Part shown: positions 5,761-15,180 of the stretch, piece by piece
How positions within the stretch are numbered: the stretch's first letter is position 1
How the letters are laid out: each line of letters starts with the position of its first letter
Source of the DNA: an uncultured virus (IMG/VR IMGVR_UViG_2615840715_000006)
Lineage: Duplodnaviria > Heunggongvirae > Uroviricota > Caudoviricetes
IMG/VR virus record: IMGVR_UViG_2615840715_000006
Length of the DNA stretch: 19,997 nucleotides
Reading direction: 5' to 3' (one strand)
Notes under the pieces: generated by a model
What the model was told of the DNA's origin: nothing
The model's database searches: none
What the model saw: the letters and a program-made list of their open reading frames with translations, nothing else
Translations under genes and position numbers: made by a program

Positions 5761-8052
5761 TCATGGCCGCTCCCCCTCCGGATAGACCCAGACATTCGGG
5801 TTCTCGACCTCAAGGAGCGCCCCGGTCTGTGGCGATTTGTAATGGGTGGGCAGCACAGCGACGCTGGCGGGGGTGACCTCGCCGGTCGCCGGATCGACCT
5901 CCTCGCCGCCCGTGGGCATGACCATTCCCTCGACGCAGAGGTACCCGAAGCGCGAACGCGACGGCCCGAGGCCATAGGGGGCGCCGTCGCGGATGAACTT
6001 GATGGCGCCCTTGGTCGCCTGCACCGCGATCCGGTCGCGGATCGAATCCTTACCGCCCAGACCGGCCTTGTTCTCGAAGGCCTCGGCGAACTGGTTGATG
6101 GTGTAGAGCCGCCCCTCGACCGCCTCGTCGAGCAGGAGGGAAAGGATCACGTCCCGCTTGCGATCACGCTCCGCGTCGTATTTGGCGCCGACCTCCGCAC
6201 GCACCAACCTCTCGTTCATGGGATTGATCTCGGCCCATGCGCCATCCAGCTTGTCGACGAGCTTCGCTGGCAGTGCCGGCCCGTTCCGGAGCTCGATTTC
6301 CAACCGCCTCTGGGTAGAGTCCTCCTCGGGTCGGTGCAGGATCAAACCGGTGGTGTAGAAGCCCCGGAGCGCGCTGGCGCCGGATAGCGCAAGGAACGGA
6401 TCCTCCTTCACCTGGTGCTTGGAGAGCTTCTTGGTGTGGTGAACGAGGATCACGCCGCACTCGGGATTGACGTGGTCGCGCAGCACCTCGACCCGGTCCT
6501 TGAGGAAGAACATCATGGCGGCGTTGTCGTTTTCGCCACCGCCATCAGGGCCGCCATCGAAGAGGTTGCGGATCGGGTCGATGCAGAGGATGTCGAGTGG
6601 TTCGTCGGGGAACGCGGCCCTGATTGCCTCGGCCACGCGGGCGCTGCCCTCGGCATCGAGCAGCATCCGCAGTTTCGGCGTAACGATAAGGTTGTCGCGC
6701 GCGGCGGCGATCAGCTCGGGCTGGAGACCGATCTGCTGCATGCGCTCTCGCAGGTAGTGGTACTGGATCTCGGCCTGCAGATAGAAGATCCGGAGTGGCC
6801 GAGGCGGGGTGAAGCCGAGGAAGGGCACGCCCGCCGCCATGTGCACGAGCAAGGCGATCAGAAGATCGCTCTTGCCGACCTTCGGCGCGCCGCCCAGCAC
6901 CAGGAGCCCGCTTGGCGTCAGCACGCGCGGGCCGATGATGTCGTCCGGCATCGGGCTCGTGTCGTCAAGGAGCGCGCCCAGAGTGAAGGTCGGCAAGTCC
7001 GTCTGCGTGGGCGCTGCGCTGTCGAGGCGGATCAGCGGCGGCCCGTGCCGCTTGATGTGCAGCTCCCAGAGGCGGTTGGTCTCGCGCTTCAGCCGGTCGA
7101 GTGGCCAGGACGGGCGCAGCATCGCGGCGTTGTAGCCGCAGATCGCCGTCCAGCCCTCGTCCATCGACATCCGGCCCTCGTGGACCAGCCGCAGGAAATA
7201 GCCGATGGCGGCCGAGGCGCCCTCGAAGCGGGACCAGTCGTCCGTGCCGCCCTCGCGAACGGGCGTCACCAGCACGTCGTCGATTGCAGGTTTCTCGCGG
7301 GGCTCCGCCGTGGTCATGCCGACGCCTGCCATGGGCGGCATGTCGGCGACGCGCTCGGCCATTTCGGCGAGATCGACCTCGAGCTCGGTCGCCTCGCGGA
7401 TCTGCACGAGCCGGGTCAGCCCGCCCTTATGATAGACGGTGCCGGGCACGCGGATTGGCTGGTGGGCCGAGCGGAAATGGGTGTCGCCGCCGACCTTGAG
7501 CGCGATCTCGCCGCGCAGTTCGCACAGCCGGTCGAGATCCAGGCCCTCCGCGGGCTCGGTCAGCTTCCACCAGACATGGAGCTTGGTCGCGCCTTCGCGC
7601 GTGCGCCCGCCGCTCTCGACGATCAGCGTTGGCCGCCCGAGATGGTGGAGGAGATGATCGAGCTTGGCCGGGATGTCGCCGGAGTCGAGATCGACCACGA
7701 GGCTCTGCATCTGCAGGACATCCGCGGCGCGGGCCTGGCCCGTTTCCGCGACCGTGCCGGGAATGACGTAGACCGCGGCGCCCTCGCGCGATGCCCAGCC
7801 GGCGAAGGTGGCGAGCTTCTCCGGCGCCGTAGCATCCGCCTCGATCCAGATGTTGTGCGGCCGGCCGTCCTTGCCCTGACCCTTGTCGACGAAGCCACGG
7901 ACCGGGATTAGCCCCTCGGAGTAGCCGAAGACGACATCGACGAAGCAGGCGATCTGGTCCGCGTCCGGTTCGACCGCGAAGGGATCGTGCAGCGGCGCCG
8001 CGTCGTTGAAATCCCGCCAGGGATTGAAGTGGATGATGTTGTCGTCGCTCAT
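5761..8052 (-). CDS. Primase (RepB'/AEP-like)-AAA_25 ATPase/helicase fusion, 763 aa
   Basis: N-terminal VVDLD, ESGG..KLHVWW, IRVPGTVYHK primase motifs. Walker A GGAPKVGKS, Walker B LCIDP, LVHHTKK, SGASAL. ATGA overlap at the start. Confidence 0.88.
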   Translation of the reverse strand: MSDDNIIHFNPWRDFNDAAPLHDPFAVEPDADQIACFVDVVFGYSEGLIPVRGFVDKGQGKDGRPHNIWIEADATAPEKLATFAGWASREGAAVYVIPGTVAETGQARAADVLQMQSLVVDLDSGDIPAKLDHLLHHLGRPTLIVESGGRTREGATKLHVWWKLTEPAEGLDLDRLCELRGEIALKVGGDTHFRSAHQPIRVPGTVYHKGGLTRLVQIREATELEVDLAEMAERVADMPPMAGVGMTTAEPREKPAIDDVLVTPVREGGTDDWSRFEGASAAIGYFLRLVHEGRMSMDEGWTAICGYNAAMLRPSWPLDRLKRETNRLWELHIKRHGPPLIRLDSAAPTQTDLPTFTLGALLDDTSPMPDDIIGPRVLTPSGLLVLGGAPKVGKSDLLIALLVHMAAGVPFLGFTPPRPLRIFYLQAEIQYHYLRERMQQIGLQPELIAAARDNLIVTPKLRMLLDAEGSARVAEAIRAAFPDEPLDILCIDPIRNLFDGGPDGGGENDNAAMMFFLKDRVEVLRDHVNPECGVILVHHTKKLSKHQVKEDPFLALSGASALRGFYTTGLILHRPEEDSTQRRLEIELRNGPALPAKLVDKLDGAWAEINPMNERLVRAEVGAKYDAERDRKRDVILSLLLDEAVEGRLYTINQFAEAFENKAGLGGKDSIRDRIAVQATKGAIKFIRDGAPYGLGPSRSRFGYLCVEGMVMPTGGEEVDPATGEVTPASVAVLPTHYKSPQTGALLEVENPNVWVYPEGERP

Positions 8053-8807
8053 GCCGGCAGGCTCCAGCAGCGCTCGGCCCATGGGCAGAACCGGCATTCG
8101 AAGAAGTCGCGGTTCTGGGCCACGCGCGGCAGCAACTCGCCCGCATCGGTGGCGCGCAGGATTCGCACGCCGCGGTCGGACATGCGCTGCGCGAGATCGG
8201 CGTCGAATGGCACGAGCTCGTGGTGCAGCTCGGCCGTGTCCTTGTTGATCGCGGTGAAGAGCGCCGGGTTGGCCGAGATGCCCGGCACCGTCGCTTCCAT
8301 GTAGGCCTGGTAGAGCGCGATCTGCGCCGCGTAGACGGGCTTGGCGACGGTCACGCCCTTGGCCACCGTCTCGCGCCAGTTCTTCGCGTTCATGGTCTTG
8401 CACTCCCAGAGCGCGGGAGTGCGCAGCCCCAGCGCCGCCGGGGCCTCGGCAACGATCCCGTCGACGTGGCCGCGGATCCGCCCGCCCGCGACGGAGAAGC
8501 CGAACTGGCCGCCGTCACGTTTCTGGGTGACCAGATCGAGCCCCGCCGTCCGCAGCCAGCGGATGGCGAGATCCTCGAGTTCATGCCCGATCGCGAAGAT
8601 CCGGAGCGACCGGCCGGAGAAGTCGTGGCCTTCGTCCTTCGGTGCGCCCGCAAACTCGAACTGCAGCGCGCGCTCGCAGGCATGGCCGAGCCGGGACGCG
8701 CCGAGATAGTCGCGCGGCGGAGTTGCCGCGCGCTCTGCCTCGAGCGCGGCATCCACGGCGGCGTTGATGCGCTCCGCGATGCCAGGGCGGTGGTTGTAGT
8801 CCAGCAT
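8049..8807 (-). CDS. PD-(D/E)XK exonuclease, Cas4/RecB-like with probable Fe-S cysteines
   Basis: YLGASRLGHAC, GHELE, GHVDG, WECKT, QIALY, and C-terminal CRFC..AERC. Confidence 0.85.
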   Translation of the reverse strand: MLDYNHRPGIAERINAAVDAALEAERAATPPRDYLGASRLGHACERALQFEFAGAPKDEGHDFSGRSLRIFAIGHELEDLAIRWLRTAGLDLVTQKRDGGQFGFSVAGGRIRGHVDGIVAEAPAALGLRTPALWECKTMNAKNWRETVAKGVTVAKPVYAAQIALYQAYMEATVPGISANPALFTAINKDTAELHHELVPFDADLAQRMSDRGVRILRATDAGELLPRVAQNRDFFECRFCPWAERCWSLPA

Positions 8808-9241
8808 CAGAACGGGATCCCCGACTCGGCGGCGATCTCCGCCATCTCCGCGCGGAACGCCTCGACGGTTGTGACGATCAGCCGGTGCATGTCATTCTGA
8901 GTCAGCTGCCCCAGCGGTCGGTCCCAGCCGATGCGCTCCATCTCGGGGGCGAGCGCGCGCATCACGGCGGGCAGCGCCTGGGTTTCTTCTTCGGTGAAAT
9001 CGACCATGCTCAGTCCTCTCTTCGCTTTTCGGGTGAAGGCCGTCTGGCAGCCCATGGAGCAGAACCAGCGGCGGGTTTGGGTGCGGGTTGGGCGCGTCCG
9101 GTGGGGATCGAACCAGCCGAAGCCGCGGGTGCGCGCGGTGCAGACGGCGCAGAGGAGCGGGCGCGGATGCCAGAGGCGATCAATGCCCGGTCGATCCGGA
9201 GCCGCTTTGGGCGGGGATGGGACTTGCGCGACATGGCTCAC
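8807..9241 (-). CDS. DUF6511-like protein with N-terminal Zn finger (144 aa)
   Basis: GTG start overlapping the helicase TGA; CAVC...FCSMGC; acidic ..ESGIPF tail. A possible internal start at 9007 has a GAGGA RBS. Confidence 0.75.
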   Translation of the reverse strand: MSHVAQVPSPPKAAPDRPGIDRLWHPRPLLCAVCTARTRGFGWFDPHRTRPTRTQTRRWFCSMGCQTAFTRKAKRGLSMVDFTEEETQALPAVMRALAPEMERIGWDRPLGQLTQNDMHRLIVTTVEAFRAEMAEIAAESGIPF

Positions 9242-10905
9242 GCCGCCCTCCGCTCGGGCGCGGCCGACATCACGAGCCGGCGAATGTCGCGCCGGTTGAA
9301 CTGGAAGGTGATCAGCGCCGACGCCCGGTAGCGGGTGAGCCCGTAATCCTGCCGCTGCTCGGGCGAGAGGTATTGCAGCTGCTTCTCGGTCGGCGTCTGC
9401 GTCAGCCAGCGCTTCGACTTGAAGGCGCTCTCGTCGCTCTCGTGTTCGTTCAGCCAATCGTCGGCCTGCGCCAGACAGACGGTACGCTCGCCCACGCCGA
9501 GGAGGCGCGTCCGCTCATTCTTGCCACCGCCTACGGCATGCCAGCGCCCCTCGAGGTAGAACACGCCGCCCCAGGCGTTGAACCCGCTCGCCATGAGCGC
9601 GGACTCGTCGTCGAACAGGTCCTCCCAGGCGAAGCTGGAGCGCTTGAGGAGGTCGATCTCGGACATGACCACGCTGTCGAGCGGCGGTACCCCGTCGCGG
9701 AGGAACTCGAATCCGCAGATCGGGCATTGGCGGGCAGCGAGCGGGACCGTCGCCTCGCATTCCGGGCAGGTCTTCGTCGGCGCGTCGCACGGTGTGGGAT
9801 CGCGCCCGTCGAGATCGACGTCCTGCTCGAGCGTGCCGTGGGTCAGGCTCGAGATCCCGAAATCCAGAACGATGCAGTCGGTCTTGACGATGCCCGGATG
9901 CTCGGCGGGATCGACCGTGCGCAGGCCGCGCCCGACCATCTGGATCATGGTGGACTTGCAGGAGCTGGGGCGCAACAGCACCACGCAGGAGGTCGGCGGG
10001 TGGTCCCAACCCTCGGTCAGCACCGCCACGTTGACGACGACGTGGATCTCGCCAGCGGCATAGGCTGCGAGGATCCGACGGCGCGTCTCGGAGCCGAGAT
10101 CGCCGTGGATGACGCCGGCGGGGATCCCGTCACTGTTGAATGCCTCGGCGACGTTTTCCGCGTGGGCGACTGTCGAGCAGAAGACCACGGTCTGCCGGTC
10201 GCCGGCCTTCTCGCGCCAGTGCCGGATGACCTCGGCCGTGATCGGCGCGCGGTTCATGATCTCTGCCACCGCGCCCATGTCGTAGTCGGACGCGGTCTTG
10301 CGCACGGCACGAAGTTTCTCCTGCACGCCCACATCGATCACGAAGGTGCGCGGGGCTACGAGGTGACCAGAGGCGATCAGCTCGGCCAGCGTGACCTGGT
10401 CGCCGACGTTGTCGAAGACAGCGCGCAGCCCTTTCCGGTCGCCGCGGTTGGGCGTCGCCGTGACGCCGAAGATGCGCGCTTCGGGATTGGCATCGCGCAC
10501 CCGGTCGATGATCCGACGATAGCTGTCGGCCACCGCGTGATGCGCCTCGTCGATCACCAGCAGATCGAGCGTGGGCATCGCCTTCAGGCTCGACGAGCGC
10601 GACAGCGTCGGCGCCATGGCAAAGGTGACCTGGCCGGCCCACGACTTCGAGCCGGCATCCACCACGGACGTGGTCACCTCCGGATTGACCCGGGCGAACT
10701 TCGCGCGGTTCTGGCCGGTCAGCTCGTCGCGATGGGCGAGAACGCAGGCCTTGGCCTCCGTCTCCTCCACCAGCTTGCCGGTGACCGCGGAGAGCATGAT
10801 GGTCTTGCCCGCGCCCGTGGGCGCGACACCGAGCGTGTTGCCGTGCTTCGAGAGCGCAGCGAGGCTGCGCTCCACAAAGACTTTCTGGCGGGGACGAAGC
10901 CGCAT
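9238..10905 (-). CDS. SF2 DEAD/DEAH-box helicase with Zn ribbon (YejH/RadD-like), 555 aa
   Basis: APTGAGKT, DEAHH, TATP, LTEGWD, QMVGRGLR, CPEC...CPIC. Confidence 0.93.
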   Translation of the reverse strand: MRLRPRQKVFVERSLAALSKHGNTLGVAPTGAGKTIMLSAVTGKLVEETEAKACVLAHRDELTGQNRAKFARVNPEVTTSVVDAGSKSWAGQVTFAMAPTLSRSSSLKAMPTLDLLVIDEAHHAVADSYRRIIDRVRDANPEARIFGVTATPNRGDRKGLRAVFDNVGDQVTLAELIASGHLVAPRTFVIDVGVQEKLRAVRKTASDYDMGAVAEIMNRAPITAEVIRHWREKAGDRQTVVFCSTVAHAENVAEAFNSDGIPAGVIHGDLGSETRRRILAAYAAGEIHVVVNVAVLTEGWDHPPTSCVVLLRPSSCKSTMIQMVGRGLRTVDPAEHPGIVKTDCIVLDFGISSLTHGTLEQDVDLDGRDPTPCDAPTKTCPECEATVPLAARQCPICGFEFLRDGVPPLDSVVMSEIDLLKRSSFAWEDLFDDESALMASGFNAWGGVFYLEGRWHAVGGGKNERTRLLGVGERTVCLAQADDWLNEHESDESAFKSKRWLTQTPTEKQLQYLSPEQRQDYGLTRYRASALITFQFNRRDIRRLVMSAAPERRAA

Positions 10906-10915
10906 CGGACGCCCC

Positions 10916-11518
10916 TCACTGCGCCCAAGCCGGACGCCCCGGCGCCGCCGGAGCAGTCGGCTGCGATGCCGCCGCCGGCTGCGGCGCGGGCTGCGATGGC
11001 GGCTGGTAGCCATGGCCGGCCGTGCCCATGACCTGCGCGTAGTCGCGATGGTCTGGCGTGACCGCGGCACGGATCTCGTTCTTGTCCTCGCCCATCGCAT
11101 CGGAGCCGATGTCGATGCGCGCGACGAACTCCAGCCCGTCGAGGTCGGCGAAGCCGTTGATCCGACGTGCGGCCTGCGCCTCGGGCGAGGTGTCCTTGTC
11201 CGAGATCCCGCGCGCCGAGTTGAGCATGCCGCGGACGAGGCTGCGGCCCATGTTGGCCCAGTCCGGCCCCTTGGGGCTGTGCAGCCCGATCAGCGTGAAG
11301 ATCTTGCGCCGGGCATAGGGGCCCTCGAGCACGGTGAACTCGCCGTTGAGATACACCGCACCGGTGGAGCCGCGGGTGGCATAGCCCCCGGTCCAGCCCT
11401 GCGACGGGTCGTCGAAGCCGCCGGGGCGGATGGTCAGGCGCACCTTGGCGAGCGTCCCCTTGGGGATGAGGTTCGTGTTGGACTGCGCGTCGTTGAAATC
11501 GTTCCAGAGACCGGTCAT
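10916..11518 (-). CDS. Probable phage ssDNA-binding protein (OB-fold, DUF669-like), 200 aa
   Basis: DFNDA..LIPKG N-terminus, beta-rich core, Pro/Ala-rich tail ending RPAWAQ. Follows the Sak4-like ATPase. AAAGGA RBS. Confidence 0.65.
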   Translation of the reverse strand: MTGLWNDFNDAQSNTNLIPKGTLAKVRLTIRPGGFDDPSQGWTGGYATRGSTGAVYLNGEFTVLEGPYARRKIFTLIGLHSPKGPDWANMGRSLVRGMLNSARGISDKDTSPEAQAARRINGFADLDGLEFVARIDIGSDAMGEDKNEIRAAVTPDHRDYAQVMGTAGHGYQPPSQPAPQPAAASQPTAPAAPGRPAWAQ

Positions 11519-11532
11519 GGCGTGGGGTCCTT

Positions 11533-12411
11533 TCAGTTGGTGGGATCGGATTGAGGGGTCGCGGCGGGCGCCGGGATGCGCGGCGCGTCGGTGACGAGCG
11601 GGCGCGCATCGATCGGCAGCGGTTGGCGGATCTTCTCGATGAGCCGGCCGAGATGCGGCGGCTCGAGCAGGTCGAGGCGTCCGGAGCGGTCCTTGGCCGG
11701 ATAGCCCCAGCGGTTCTGCGTGTGGCAGACGAAGACCCGCTGCGGCACGCCATTGTCGTCGGGCAGCGAAGTGAGCGTCAGCACCTCGTCGACGATGCCC
11801 GGCAGTTCCAGCCCGGTCTTGGACCCATCGATCTGCGGGACGAAGACCTTGCGATTGAAGTCGTCGACCTTCTCGTCGAGGATCCCGACGAAGATCACGT
11901 TCTTGGCGCGCGTGTGCTGGAGATGCGTGAGCCAGGCGATCATCTCGCGGCCATGCAGCCCGTAGGCCCCACGGACGTCCGGCTTGCCGGTCTTGTCCGA
12001 ATGCGCCTCCGGCTGGCCCTTGCACCACTGGAAGCAGAGCCGCCCCGCGACGGTGATCGAGTCGATGAAGACCGTGTCGTACTTCTCCAGCACCTGCGGA
12101 TCGCCGTACTTCTGGCAGATTGCCTGGTAGTGGTCCTCGCTGTAGGGCTGGTCCTTGCGCAGCGCCGGGTTCGGACCGCCAATGAACACAGCGAAGTCGC
12201 GACATTCCCGCCAGGTGCGCGGGCGGATCGTGTCGATCGCCAGCCCCTCAATGGCGAGATCGCCGGCCTCGAGGTCGAAAAACAGCGAGGTGGTCGAATT
12301 GAGTGTGCGCAGAAGCGTGGTCTTGCCGATGCCCGGAGGTCCAAAGATGGCGGCCTTCACGCCGCGCACCTCGGCCAGCCGCTCGTCGGCGGTGATGATC
12401 GGGAGGCTCAT
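11533..12411 (-). CDS. AAA_24 / Sak4-like ATPase, 292 aa
   Basis: GPPGIGKT, FDLEAG, VFIDSIT, C-terminal AKDRSG. ATGA overlap. Confidence 0.85.
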   Translation of the reverse strand: MSLPIITADERLAEVRGVKAAIFGPPGIGKTTLLRTLNSTTSLFFDLEAGDLAIEGLAIDTIRPRTWRECRDFAVFIGGPNPALRKDQPYSEDHYQAICQKYGDPQVLEKYDTVFIDSITVAGRLCFQWCKGQPEAHSDKTGKPDVRGAYGLHGREMIAWLTHLQHTRAKNVIFVGILDEKVDDFNRKVFVPQIDGSKTGLELPGIVDEVLTLTSLPDDNGVPQRVFVCHTQNRWGYPAKDRSGRLDLLEPPHLGRLIEKIRQPLPIDARPLVTDAPRIPAPAATPQSDPTN

Positions 12412-12896
12412 GCGTCGCCTCCCTGCGGCCGGATCTCGACCTTCAACGCGCCGGTCTTCACGGTGCGCGCGGGCTCGAAGCCCTGGCGGATCGCATCGGG
12501 CCAGGCCGCGTATTTGCGCTCGGGCACCTTGAAGGCGATGTCGACATACTCGGCCGGATCGTCCCCGACGGCGCGGATCCGCTCGACCATCGCAGCCAGC
12601 TGGGACTGGTCCCACTCGACGCGTTTCGGCAGATCCGCGACCACGGTGAAATCGCCGTCGTCGAAGCGGACCGTGCCGGTATCCTTGGCCTGCGCCTGCC
12701 GCTCCTCGGCGGCGCGGGTGGCGTAGCGGACGGTCAGTGCGGCATCGAGCCGGGTCTTCGCAGCCGTGTCGCGTTTCAGGCGCTCGTCGATCTCGCGCTG
12801 TAGGATGGCCAGCAGTTCGACGGGCAGCGCGGCGATCTCCTGCGGGCTGAGGCCCGGCAGGTCATCGGGCGTGGGTGTGTTCTCTGGATAGGGCAT
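12408..12896 (-). CDS. Conserved phage hypothetical protein (162 aa)
   Basis: Helical N-terminus plus DLPKRVEWDQ motif; coupled to the ATPase gene. Confidence 0.8.
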   Translation of the reverse strand: MPYPENTPTPDDLPGLSPQEIAALPVELLAILQREIDERLKRDTAAKTRLDAALTVRYATRAAEERQAQAKDTGTVRFDDGDFTVVADLPKRVEWDQSQLAAMVERIRAVGDDPAEYVDIAFKVPERKYAAWPDAIRQGFEPARTVKTGALKVEIRPQGGDA

Positions 12897-12923
12897 TGGG
12901 GTCTCCGGGATGGGGGATGGGGA

Positions 12924-13286
12924 TCAGGCGGCCTCGAGCAGGCGCATCGAGAGCGCCGCGCCGGACGGGCCGGGCTTCGGACGGGCGACAGCGATGTAGG
13001 CGAAGGCGTCGGGGCCGAGCCGCGACTGCACGAGGTGGACGAGGTTCTGCTCGGCCGCGCGCCGGGCAGCAGCCGCCACCAGTTGCAGCGTACGTTGGCG
13101 ATCCGCCGGCAGCTTCGAGATGACCGACGTGGCATCGACGGCGAGGAACCCGCGGTGATAGACCAGCGCCTCGCCGGGTTCGGCCTGCGCGATCCAGGCG
13201 GCGAGCCCGATCTCGTCGAGTGTCGGCCCGTTTACGCCGTGCAGCGGCACGACCTCGGCCTCGGTGATGGGCGACAGGTGTCCCAT
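12924..13286 (-). CDS. Conserved phage hypothetical protein (120 aa)
   Basis: PGEALVYHRGFLAVD...LVHLVQSRLG..FAYIAVAR; start overlaps the upstream TGA. Confidence 0.8.
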   Translation of the reverse strand: MGHLSPITEAEVVPLHGVNGPTLDEIGLAAWIAQAEPGEALVYHRGFLAVDATSVISKLPADRQRTLQLVAAAARRAAEQNLVHLVQSRLGPDAFAYIAVARPKPGPSGAALSMRLLEAA

Positions 13287-13498
13287 CAGGCCGCCCCTGC
13301 GCGCGGCTGGGTGTCCATGGTGTGCTGGAGCTGGTCGCGCTCGAAGGCGACGATGTCCTCGAGGCGGTAGACGACCCGTCCGCCGATCTTCATGTAGGCC
13401 GGGCCTTCACCCGCCCACCGCCAGCGCTCCAGCGTGCGATGCGAGATCGTCCAGCGCCGGGCGAGTTCCTTCTGGTTCAGGCAATGCTTCTGCTGCAT
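13286..13498 (-). CDS. AlpA/excisionase-like HTH protein (70 aa)
   Basis: LNQKELARRWTISHRTLERWRWAGEGPAYMKIGGRVVYRLEDIVAFE; GGAGAGAG RBS. Confidence 0.88.
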   Translation of the reverse strand: MQQKHCLNQKELARRWTISHRTLERWRWAGEGPAYMKIGGRVVYRLEDIVAFERDQLQHTMDTQPRAGAA

Positions 13499-13539
13499 CG
13501 GCTCTCTCCGTTTGCGTGTGCTTCGGAGAGAGATTGCGA

Positions 13540-13700
13540 AATCCCGCTATGGGATGTCGTCAGGATCGCAGGGGGATGCGGAGGGGGATGGATATGGCCT
13601 TGCAGGACAGGCTTGGGTGGCTCGCTGGGGGATCGTCACCCCCCTCCATCCCCCAGCCGATCCCACACCGAGCGCGATCAGGAACCGCGCATGGGGGATG
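13540..13700. promoter_or_regulatory. Array of GGGGGAT(G) motifs upstream of the early operon
   Basis: GGGGGATG at 13571, 13583, 13693; GGGGGATC at 13627; inverted CATCCCCC at 13647. A further copy lies at 12912 in the next intergenic gap. Confidence 0.55.
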
Positions 13701-13709
13701 GCAGGCGAG

Positions 13710-14393
13710 TCAGTCGATGTTGAGACGGTAGCCGCCGCGGCGGTCGGAACGGATCAGCTGCCGCCAGTCCTTCTGCGATTTGAAGACGTCGGCCATGCGC
13801 AGGCTCTTCGAACCGGCCGAGGACAGGATGGCCTTGCCGCTCTGCAAGGGCTCGCCCCGCTGTGCGGCCTCGTGCAGGGCGCGGACGACCTGAGCCTGGA
13901 TCGGGCCGAGCCGGAAGCGGTAGCCGTTGCAGCGCACCTCCTGGTAATCGGCCGAGGCGATGAAGGTGCTCTCCTCCATCGCCGAGCCGCCGGAGGAGAA
14001 TCCGGACTGGAGCTCGAAACGATCGCGTTCCTCGCGCCGTAGCAGCAGATCGCCGATCATCACGAAGACCGGCTTGGCTTCGCCGTAGAGCGACGCATAG
14101 TCCGCGCGTGGCGTACGAAACTCGCTGACATGGAGCTCGCCGCAGCGGAACAGCTGGAAGACATCGCAGGCGTGCAGGTCGAGCAGCCCGCTGAAGGGCT
14201 TCTGCTCCCACGGCACGCGGAACCGCTCGCCGTCCTGGCCCTCCTCGTAGTCGCCGAATTCGACCGGCTCGCCGAAGACGCGGACCGACAGCCGGAGCTT
14301 GTCGTTCTCGGCAAGATAGACGAGGTCCGTCTCGGAGATCCGCCAGCGCTCGAGCACTTCGGGAAGCGTGAAATACAGCTTGTCGATGTGCAC
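13710..14393 (-). CDS. Phage regulator-like protein with N-terminal HTH and C-terminal winged HTH (227 aa)
   Basis: GTG start with GGAGGG RBS; YFTLPEVLERW; C-terminal LGPIQAQVVRAL...SDRRGGYRL resembling an OmpR-type wing. Divergent from the repressor. Confidence 0.8.
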   Translation of the reverse strand: MHIDKLYFTLPEVLERWRISETDLVYLAENDKLRLSVRVFGEPVEFGDYEEGQDGERFRVPWEQKPFSGLLDLHACDVFQLFRCGELHVSEFRTPRADYASLYGEAKPVFVMIGDLLLRREERDRFELQSGFSSGGSAMEESTFIASADYQEVRCNGYRFRLGPIQAQVVRALHEAAQRGEPLQSGKAILSSAGSKSLRMADVFKSQKDWRQLIRSDRRGGYRLNID

Positions 14394-14419
14394 GCGCCCC
14401 TCCGATTCCCATGTCCGAT

Positions 14420-14434
14420 GTTTACCTTATGTTC
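14420..14434 (-). promoter_or_regulatory. Alphaproteobacterial LexA-box-like site
   Basis: Minus strand GAAC-ATAAGGT-AAAC, one mismatch to GAAC-N7-GAAC. Overlaps a candidate -10 (TAAGAA 14437-14432) 17 bp from TTGATC (14460-14455). Confidence 0.55.
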
Positions 14435-14501
14435 TTATTCACTTGACGAGCTCCGATCAATCCGATTTTATCCTATTTCATCCACAGATGGGTGGGGAAA
14501 C

Positions 14502-15179
14502 ATGAACGAGCATCACACGCTTGCTGACCGTCTCAGGGCCCGTGCCAACCAGCTCGGCCTCAGCCCCGCCCACGTCGCCGAGATGGCCGGCGTGAACCGA
14601 TCCTTCGTCTACGACATCCTGCGCGGACGATCATCCCGTCCTGGCATCGACCGGCTGGCAGAGGTCGCCCGCGTGCTGAAGGTCGACCGCGACTGGCTGA
14701 TCCACGGGATCGGCGATGTCGAGGGCACGCCGCCCTTCATCGAGAACCCGGACGAAGCCTTCGTCTCGATCGCGCATGCGAGCCCGCGCCCCTCGATGGG
14801 CGGCGGCGCTGTTGTCGAGGAGCATGAGGATCCCGCCGGCCGCGCCTACCACTTCCGCCGGTCCTGGATCCGCCACAGCCTGAAGGCCAGCCCGTCCCAG
14901 CTGCGGATCATGCATGTGGAAGGCGACAGCATGGCGCCCACGCTGCTCGACGGCGACACGGTGCTTGTCGACATGGCGCGCCGCGCGCCGAACCCGCCCG
15001 GCATCTTCGTGCTGGACGACGGTATGGGGCTGGTGGCCAAGCGGCTCGAGCACATCCCGAACAGCGACCCGCCGGCGGTCCGAGTCATCTCGGACAACGG
15101 CTTCTACAGCCCCTACGAGCGAACGGCCGACGAGATCCACATCGTCGGCCGCATCCGTTGGTTCGCACGGGAGATCTGA
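14502..15179 (+). CDS. CI-like repressor: XRE HTH plus S24 autopeptidase, 225 aa
   Basis: HTH LSPAHVAEMAGVNRSFVYDILRG; SMGGG cleavage region; catalytic VEGDSM and VAKRL; IVGRI C-terminus. Confidence 0.93.
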   Translation: MNEHHTLADRLRARANQLGLSPAHVAEMAGVNRSFVYDILRGRSSRPGIDRLAEVARVLKVDRDWLIHGIGDVEGTPPFIENPDEAFVSIAHASPRPSMGGGAVVEEHEDPAGRAYHFRRSWIRHSLKASPSQLRIMHVEGDSMAPTLLDGDTVLVDMARRAPNPPGIFVLDDGMGLVAKRLEHIPNSDPPAVRVISDNGFYSPYERTADEIHIVGRIRWFAREI

Positions 15180-15180
15180 G

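Noticed and set aside
8049..8807. Cas4-like gene as a sign of CRISPR-Cas
   Set aside because: No repeat-spacer array or other cas genes; solo Cas4/RecB-like nucleases are common in phage replication modules.
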